Of a stretch of DNA of 64,000 nt, positions 58,579 to 64,000 are shown piece by piece (the first letter of the stretch is position 1; every line of letters starts with the position of its first letter). Location of the stretch: contig CAJMAC010000004.1 in NCBI GenBank assembly GCA_905211265.1, positions 41,976-105,975 of the forward strand, read 5' to 3'. The notes under the pieces are model-generated. The model saw only the letters and a list, made by a program, of their open reading frames with translations, had not been told where the DNA came from and made no database searches. The translations under genes and the position numbers were made by a program. The DNA is from an uncultured Eubacteriales bacterium. Its GTDB lineage: Bacteria; Bacillota_I; Bacilli_A; RF39; UBA660.

Positions 58579-60095
58579 TAGTATAGATTATATGGGTTAA
58601 TTGTATAACCACCGGCATATGGTGTTCCTATATATACTCCAAAGTGTAAGTGAGTTCCACCATAAGGGTTATAACTATTTGGTACTGGATATACATTTCC
58701 GGTATTTCCCATTGTTCCTATTTTTTGACCTCTTGCAACTGTTTGTCCCTCTTTTACATAGATATCTTTCATGTGCATATAGATTGTATGATATCCTCTG
58801 ATGTTATGATTAATTATTAAATAATTTCCTTGTGTTTGATTACACCTTAAATTTCCTGGGTAACATCCTAATCCTACTTTTGTTACTACTCCATTATTAG
58901 CAGCATATATTGCTGAACCATAACCTGGTCCTGATATATCTAAGGCATTATGGAATGCTCCCCATCTCCACGCATAACCACTAGTTATTGAATAAGGTCT
59001 ATCTGTTGGCCAAGCCCAATATGAAAGATCTGCGACTGATGGAGCATACTTTTTACCTCTTACTATTACTCTATTTATAGCAGGTTTTAATTCTGTTGAA
59101 CTAACATTGGTTGTATCAATTAATTGTCCATTCATATATTGTTTTTTTCTTGTTACACGATATAGTCCATTTTCTCCTTCGGTTACTACTCTATCATCTG
59201 TACCTGCATAGATAGTTTCATCATATTGAATTTCGGTATCATATTTTTTTTCTTCATCTGATACTTCATGATAATCTACTACTACATTTATTATAGGTTC
59301 AATTAATCCTACATATACTTCTTGTGATTCATATAGCAAGTTATTTACACTTGTGAAGTCAGGGTTAGCAATCAAAAATTCTTGAACATTAAGTTTATTC
59401 TTTTCTGCAACTGTTTCTATTGTATCTCCTGCTTGAACAGTATATGTTTGTTGACTTTCTGTTGTACCATATAATAAATATTTAGCTAGTTCATCAACGT
59501 CAGTGTATATTTTTTCTTTACTTGATATTAGTGTTTCTTTATATGTTACTTCTTGTCCTAAGTCAATGTTTTCTATTAGACTTCCTGTATCTACTATTTC
59601 TTTTTGAGTACCATTTATATAATTATTATATTCTTCAACATTTACAAAAGCTTTTATTGTATTAGTTATGGCTTCATCAAATATTTCTTTTGATAAAACA
59701 TTTAATGTTGTTGTTTTATCATCATCCTTTATGTTTATTTCTACTCCTTTTATAGTAAAATCTTTCTTTTTTATAATTTTATTATATATTTCTTCGTTTG
59801 TACTTATTTTTGGTTTATAAGTTATTTCTTCTTTTATTTCTACACCATTTGGAGTATAAACATTCTCTACTTTATATTTATTTTTAATAACTTCTTCTTT
59901 GGCATTTATAAATTCTTTGAATGAATCTTTTGACTCTATTGTACCAATTAAACTACCATCTAAATAGACGTTGTATACTTCTTGAGGTATGCCTTTATCT
60001 TTCGATTTAAATCCTAGTAGAAAAATTGATAATGTTGTTATTAAAAGAAATACTATTAGTGATACTGAATATTTATTTTTCATTTGTTCCACCAT
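58578..60095 (-). CDS. M23-family metallopeptidase with LysM and G5-like domains, membrane-anchored
   Basis: N-terminal TM, a LysM domain (YTVQAGDTIETVAEKNKL), and a G5-like segment. The C-terminal M23 motifs are HNALDISG and GTHLHFGVY. An alternative start at 60083 is possible. Confidence 0.85.
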   Translation of the reverse strand: MVEQMKNKYSVSLIVFLLITTLSIFLLGFKSKDKGIPQEVYNVYLDGSLIGTIESKDSFKEFINAKEEVIKNKYKVENVYTPNGVEIKEEITYKPKISTNEEIYNKIIKKKDFTIKGVEINIKDDDKTTTLNVLSKEIFDEAITNTIKAFVNVEEYNNYINGTQKEIVDTGSLIENIDLGQEVTYKETLISSKEKIYTDVDELAKYLLYGTTESQQTYTVQAGDTIETVAEKNKLNVQEFLIANPDFTSVNNLLYESQEVYVGLIEPIINVVVDYHEVSDEEKKYDTEIQYDETIYAGTDDRVVTEGENGLYRVTRKKQYMNGQLIDTTNVSSTELKPAINRVIVRGKKYAPSVADLSYWAWPTDRPYSITSGYAWRWGAFHNALDISGPGYGSAIYAANNGVVTKVGLGCYPGNLRCNQTQGNYLIINHNIRGYHTIYMHMKDIYVKEGQTVARGQKIGTMGNTGNVYPVPNSYNPYGGTHLHFGVYIGTPYAGGYTINPYNLY

Positions 60096-61416
60096 CTTTT
60101 TTTATTGATAAGAAAGTTGATGTTCTTTTCTTGAATAGTAAATCTATTGTTCCTGTTGGACCATTTCTGTGTTTTAGTATTATTAATTGAATTGGAGTTG
60201 GTACTTCATCCCCTTCTGGTATTTCAACATCTGGTGCATGAAGTGCTGCAACTATGTCGGCATCTTGTTCTATTGCTCCTGATTCTCTTAGGTCACTTAA
60301 TACTGGTTTTTTATCTTCTCTTTTTTCAACACTTCTAGATAATTGGGATAATGCTATTACAGGAACTTCTAATTCTAGTGCTAACATTTTTAGGTTTCTT
60401 GATATTTCGGAAATTTCTTGTTGTCTATTTCCTGCATATTTTGCAGATGAATCAATTAATTGTAAATAGTCTATTATAACAAGTCCTAATCCTTCACCTT
60501 GTGTTGCAAGTCTACGACATTTTGCTTTTATTTCACTTGATGTTACTCCTCCAGCATCATGAAAATATATATTAGTATTTCCTAATTGACTTAGTGCTTC
60601 ATCAAATCTTCGCCAATCTTCATTTTCCATGTTACCTGTTTTTAATTTTGAGTTATCTATTTGTCCTACGGAACTAATCATTCTTAGTATTAATTGCTCT
60701 GCGGGCATTTCCAAACTAAATATAGCAATATTTTTTTTGGTATTTCTTGCTGCTGATGTTGCTATGTTTAGTGCAAAGGCAGTTTTACCTACGGCAGGAC
60801 GCGCTGCAATTATTATTAATTGAGTGGGATGTAATCCTTCGGTTAATTTATCTAAGTCATATAATCCTGTTGTTAATCCTGTAACTCTTCCATGATTTTC
60901 TACTAAATGTTGTAAATCTTGTTGAGCTTTTGTTAATACATCTTGTACTTTTCTAAATTCACTTGTTTTTCTTGATTTTGCTACGTTAAGTATATTTTTT
61001 TCTGCACTTTCTACTAATAGTGATACATCAATATCTGGTGTATTAGCATTAGTTATTATTTTAGTAGCTTCTTCAATCATTTTTCTTAATGTAAATTTTT
61101 CTAATACTAAGTTTATATAATAATCTATATTGGCTCCGGTAGCAACGCTATCAATTATTTCATTTAGATATTCTACTCCACCTATTTTATCTAGCAATTT
61201 TTTTGTTACTAATTCTGCAGTTAATGTATTCATATCTACTGGTTTTTTATTATCATATAATTCTTTTATTACTTCAAAAATAGTACCATTACTATCTAAA
61301 TAAAAGGCTTCTTTATCCATTTCCTCACATGCTTTTTGTAAGGCAGCATATGACCAGAAAACGGAACCTAATAATGATTTCTCTGCTTCTATATTGTTAG
61401 GTAGTCCTTTATCCAT
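60073..61416 (-). CDS. dnaB: Replicative DNA helicase (DnaB family; called DnaC in Bacillus)
   Basis: LPNNIEAEKSLLGS N-terminus, Walker A ARPAVGKTAF, IIDYLQL. 447 aa. Confidence 0.93.
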   Translation of the reverse strand: MDKGLPNNIEAEKSLLGSVFWSYAALQKACEEMDKEAFYLDSNGTIFEVIKELYDNKKPVDMNTLTAELVTKKLLDKIGGVEYLNEIIDSVATGANIDYYINLVLEKFTLRKMIEEATKIITNANTPDIDVSLLVESAEKNILNVAKSRKTSEFRKVQDVLTKAQQDLQHLVENHGRVTGLTTGLYDLDKLTEGLHPTQLIIIAARPAVGKTAFALNIATSAARNTKKNIAIFSLEMPAEQLILRMISSVGQIDNSKLKTGNMENEDWRRFDEALSQLGNTNIYFHDAGGVTSSEIKAKCRRLATQGEGLGLVIIDYLQLIDSSAKYAGNRQQEISEISRNLKMLALELEVPVIALSQLSRSVEKREDKKPVLSDLRESGAIEQDADIVAALHAPDVEIPEGDEVPTPIQLIILKHRNGPTGTIDLLFKKRTSTFLSIKKDGGTNEK

Positions 61417-61424
61417 TGTATCAC

Positions 61425-61868
61425 CTACTTACTCATTAATTCTATATTTAATTTAGCTTTTACTTTTTTATGTAATTCTACTTCGACAAAATGATTACCT
61501 AATACATTTAATGGTAAATCAATTATTATTTTTTTCTTGTCTATATCATAACCTTTTTCTTTTAATTCATCTGATATTTGTTTTGTAGAAATATTACCAA
61601 ATACTTTATCATTTGATCCTGTTTTAACATTAAATTGTATTTTTAATTTTTCTATTTCTTTTTTGGTTTGTTCTGCTAACGCTATTGCTTTTTCTTCTTC
61701 TATTCTATTTGTTTCTAGATCATTATTTAATCTATCTAGACTCCCTTTAGTATATTTTACTGCATAGCCATTCTTTATTAAATAGTTTGTAGCATAGCCA
61801 TCACTTACTTCTTTTATTTCATTTACTTTTCCTTGCTTTTTTAAATCTTTTATAAAAATTACTTTCAT
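61425..61868 (-). CDS. rplI: 50S ribosomal protein L9
   Basis: MKVIFIKDLKKQGKVNEIKEVSDGYATNYLI.. is the canonical L9 N-terminus. 147 aa. Confidence 0.93.
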   Translation of the reverse strand: MKVIFIKDLKKQGKVNEIKEVSDGYATNYLIKNGYAVKYTKGSLDRLNNDLETNRIEEEKAIALAEQTKKEIEKLKIQFNVKTGSNDKVFGNISTKQISDELKEKGYDIDKKKIIIDLPLNVLGNHFVEVELHKKVKAKLNIELMSK

Positions 61869-61929
61869 TTTATCCCCACCTTCTTAGTTAATATTATACC
61901 ATAAATTATTAATTTTGAAACAATTTTGC

Positions 61930-61964
61930 AAAAAAAAAGATAGATAAGTGATGATTATCTATCT
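61930..61964 (-). terminator. Intrinsic terminator of the rhodanese gene
   Basis: AGATAGATAA(61938-47)/TTATCTATCT(61955-64) form a perfect 10-bp stem with a 7-nt loop, followed on the minus strand by T8. Confidence 0.7.
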
Positions 61965-61973
61965 TAGAAATTA

Positions 61974-62264
61974 TTAATAATATTTATGATTTAAGTATTC
62001 TTCATATCCCCCAACAATATTCGTAGTATTATATCCAAATAAATTTAATCTATTGCTAATTTCAGAACTTTGTTTTCCATTATCACAATATAAATAATAT
62101 TTTTCGCTTTTATTTAGGTAATGAGAAAAATTATTTAATAGGTTATAATATGGAATATTTATTGCATTTTTTATATGTCCTAGGTTATATGTATAATTAT
62201 CTCTTATATCAATTATTTTGGGATTATACATATTTAATACTTCATTTATACTAACATTTTGCAT
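61974..62264 (-). CDS. Single-domain rhodanese-like protein
   Basis: 96 aa from the ATG behind AGAGGTG. The active-site loop is YCDNGKQS. Confidence 0.8.
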   Translation of the reverse strand: MQNVSINEVLNMYNPKIIDIRDNYTYNLGHIKNAINIPYYNLLNNFSHYLNKSEKYYLYCDNGKQSSEISNRLNLFGYNTTNIVGGYEEYLNHKYY

Positions 62265-62322
62265 TAACACCACCTCTAATATAATTTATTGAATTATAAA
62301 ATTGATGGTAAGTTAATAAGCC

Positions 62323-62347
62323 AAAAAAAAGGATGAAATTAATCATC
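62323..62347 (-). terminator. Weak terminator-like hairpin at the end of the coupling-protein gene
   Basis: The minus strand reads GATGA-TTAATT-TCATC followed by C then T8. The stem is only 5 bp. Confidence 0.4.
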
Positions 62348-64000
62348 TGAAAAGAAATCATCAAAGAAGGCATCGTCACTAACTTTATTTTCCTCTTTCT
62401 TAGGAACTTCTGGTTTTTCTTCAATTATTGCTTCTTTTATTGGTTCATTATTATTAATTAAGTCATTTAAGTTTGGATCAACCATATTATCATTTTGTTT
62501 CTTCTCTTGTTGTTCTTTTCTTTCTTCTTCTTCAAGTTCTGCAATTTTAGCATCAATCTTTTTAACCAAGTCTTCAACATTGAATGTTGATTCTTCTTTC
62601 ATATCATCTGATGAATTAAGTGATGTTGTTTGATTAGACATTGGCATTTGTCCTATTGCAAACGGATTTACCATTGGACTTGATCCTCCGAATGGATTAG
62701 CACCAAATGGGTTAGCACTAAACGGATTATTTCCATTTGGCATCCCCATTCCACTCATCATTTCGTTCATTTTTTCTTTTTTTAGATTTTTGACAAATTC
62801 TTTTAAATCAAATAATTTAACTTCTTCTTTTTCTCTATGTGGATATGTTGCTCTTTCATATTTTTTACCCCAATCCATTTTATAATTTGGTGTTAATTTT
62901 GTTTTGAAAGGCATTGATCTTAATCTTAATGAAATTACTTCAAATTTAGATAATCTTTGTAAATCACTTACTGTAACAAGTGGAGTCGAAGCAGTTTTAT
63001 CTTTTTCCTTTGATTTTACTTCTCCACACATTTTACTAATTTCTTCGAGTGCTTGTAATTCACTACTTATTAAGTACATTGTGTTACAGTTACCTTTAAT
63101 AGTTTCTGCATCTTCTTTACCATATACTTGATTTAATTGTGCATAGTTTTGAATAATGAAGTTAAATCTGATTAATCTACTTCTTGCTGCGGTTACCATT
63201 GTTGTAACATCTTTAAGTGGTGGCATATTAGCAAACTCATCTAGAATAAAGTTTGTTCTATTAGGTAATTTTCCGCCACATTCTTGTGCAACATCAATTA
63301 ATGTTTCATATACTTGTTTAATGAATATTGTTGCTAATGGGTGTAATGTTTTCTTTTCATCTTGTACTATCATAAATACTGCTGTTTTTTGTCTTCCGAT
63401 ATCTTTCATGTCAAAGTCACTATGTGATAACATTTCTGATAAATTATCACGTGATGAAAATAGTTTTATTTTTTGTTTAAATGTTGATAAAATTCCACCT
63501 TTAGTTTCTTCTGGTGAATATACTGTACCAGAAGCATTTATATAGGCTGGTCTTGATGGATCTTTAGAATTAAAATATTCTTTTATATAATTATTGTTTG
63601 GTGCTCCAAATCTTTCTTCACCAATTGTAGCCATTAGGTTAACACTATTTATATTTATTTCTTTTTCATCGGCATCTTCAAATAATCCTAATGTTAATCC
63701 TGTAAAATAATCTGCTGATGTTTTTTCCCAAAACGGATCATTTGCTTTACCATCATATAATATATTTAAGGCTAAGTCATCTAGCAATTCTATTGCTTTA
63801 TCAGTGTCGCCTTCTTTGTATAATTTATATGGTAAAGTCATTGGGTTCCAAGCATTACCATTTTGTGGATTTCTGAAGTTTAATAAAACAATATTATATC
63901 CTCTTTCTTTTAACATATTAGCGGTATTTTCGTAAATTTCACCCTTAGGGTCTGTTATTATCATTGATTCATCGTGTTTTGCTAAGTTATAAACAAGTGG
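62339..64000 (-). CDS. VirD4/TraG-type type IV coupling protein (T4CP), N-terminus outside the window
   Basis: The frame stays open to base 64000 (..PLVYNLAKHDESMIITDPKGE..). TraG/TraD-family core (TAVFMIVQDE.., NFILDEFANMPPL, RSRLIRFNFIIQNYAQL). This is followed by a ~190-aa low-complexity tail with NPF repeats, ending DDAFFDDFFSDD. Confidence 0.8.
   Translation of the reverse strand, partial: PLVYNLAKHDESMIITDPKGEIYENTANMLKERGYNIVLLNFRNPQNGNAWNPMTLPYKLYKEGDTDKAIELLDDLALNILYDGKANDPFWEKTSADYFTGLTLGLFEDADEKEININSVNLMATIGEERFGAPNNNYIKEYFNSKDPSRPAYINASGTVYSPEETKGGILSTFKQKIKLFSSRDNLSEMLSHSDFDMKDIGRQKTAVFMIVQDEKKTLHPLATIFIKQVYETLIDVAQECGGKLPNRTNFILDEFANMPPLKDVTTMVTAARSRLIRFNFIIQNYAQLNQVYGKEDAETIKGNCNTMYLISSELQALEEISKMCGEVKSKEKDKTASTPLVTVSDLQRLSKFEVISLRLRSMPFKTKLTPNYKMDWGKKYERATYPHREKEEVKLFDLKEFVKNLKKEKMNEMMSGMGMPNGNNPFSANPFGANPFGGSSPMVNPFAIGQMPMSNQTTSLNSSDDMKEESTFNVEDLVKKIDAKIAELEEEERKEQQEKKQNDNMVDPNLNDLINNNEPIKEAIIEEKPEVPKKEENKVSDDAFFDDFFSDD

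Noticed and set aside
1154-63545. About 40 plus-strand ORFs of 60-233 aa in the six-frame track (e.g. 1154..1408, 3760..4152, 18348..18869, 42133..42834, 55931..56254, 63156..63545), rich in Leu/Phe/Ile/Ser.
   Set aside because: Each lies entirely antisense to a long minus-strand gene with clear homology. They lack an RBS and have the low-complexity composition expected of the reverse frames of AT-rich genes.
1-64000. A Mollicutes-type genetic code (UGA = Trp), suggested by the very low GC content.
   Set aside because: Long ORFs are intact under code 11. The presence of prfB with a UGA-dependent frameshift site shows that UGA is read as a stop.
62339-64000. Calling the window end a complete integrative conjugative element.
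   Set aside because: Only the coupling-protein gene is visible. No integrase, relaxase, VirB4 or att repeats lie within the window, so the mobile-element call cannot be supported from this sequence alone.

Overview
This is a 64-kb chromosomal segment from a very AT-rich, low-GC Gram-positive bacterium (Bacillota). Gene content and local synteny (walJ-rlmH, rplI-dnaB/dnaC, CsbB/GtrA/YfhO, T-box control) suggest an Erysipelotrichia- or Clostridia-like lineage; I cannot place it more precisely from sequence alone. Genetic code 11 applies: TGA is a stop, and prfB carries the classic CUU-UGA-C +1 frameshift. I call 54 protein genes, 48 of them on the minus strand, tightly packed and often overlapping. 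I found no rRNA, tRNA, CRISPR array, transposase or integrase.

Content runs as follows:
- An envelope glycosylation cluster (LtaS-like, YfhO, GtrA, GT2).
- tmcAL, mutM, polA and a LemA-DUF2207 pair.
- A Val T-box leader driving an HD-domain gene plus valS.
- arcC, PFOR, asnS, an XRE regulator and a short SSB.
- An amidase, an orphan sufB, ftsEX, two YitT paralogs and prfB.
- A secreted two-module protein with a phosphodiester glycosidase.
- ABC-F, CapA and ClpC.
- An arginine-catabolism block: tandem arcA-arcB-arcA-arcB plus a YfcC/ArcD-type carrier, an amino-acid ABC transporter and a second YfcC paralog.
- A LysRS fused to a C-terminal tRNA-binding domain.
- RDD, dusB, rluA-family, rlmH, walJ-like MBL, an M23 peptidase, dnaB, rplI and a rhodanese.
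- At the window edge, a truncated VirD4/TraG-type coupling protein.

The strongest signal not explained by ordinary annotation is an 85-90 nt triple-hairpin element. It occurs three times, always in the same orientation, 11-18 nt after the stop codon of a minus-strand gene (valS, PFOR, ABC-F). The copies differ by compensatory base-pair changes. I did not find an obvious multi-gene novel system such as a defense island.

All family assignments rest on motif and sequence recognition by eye. No database search was run.
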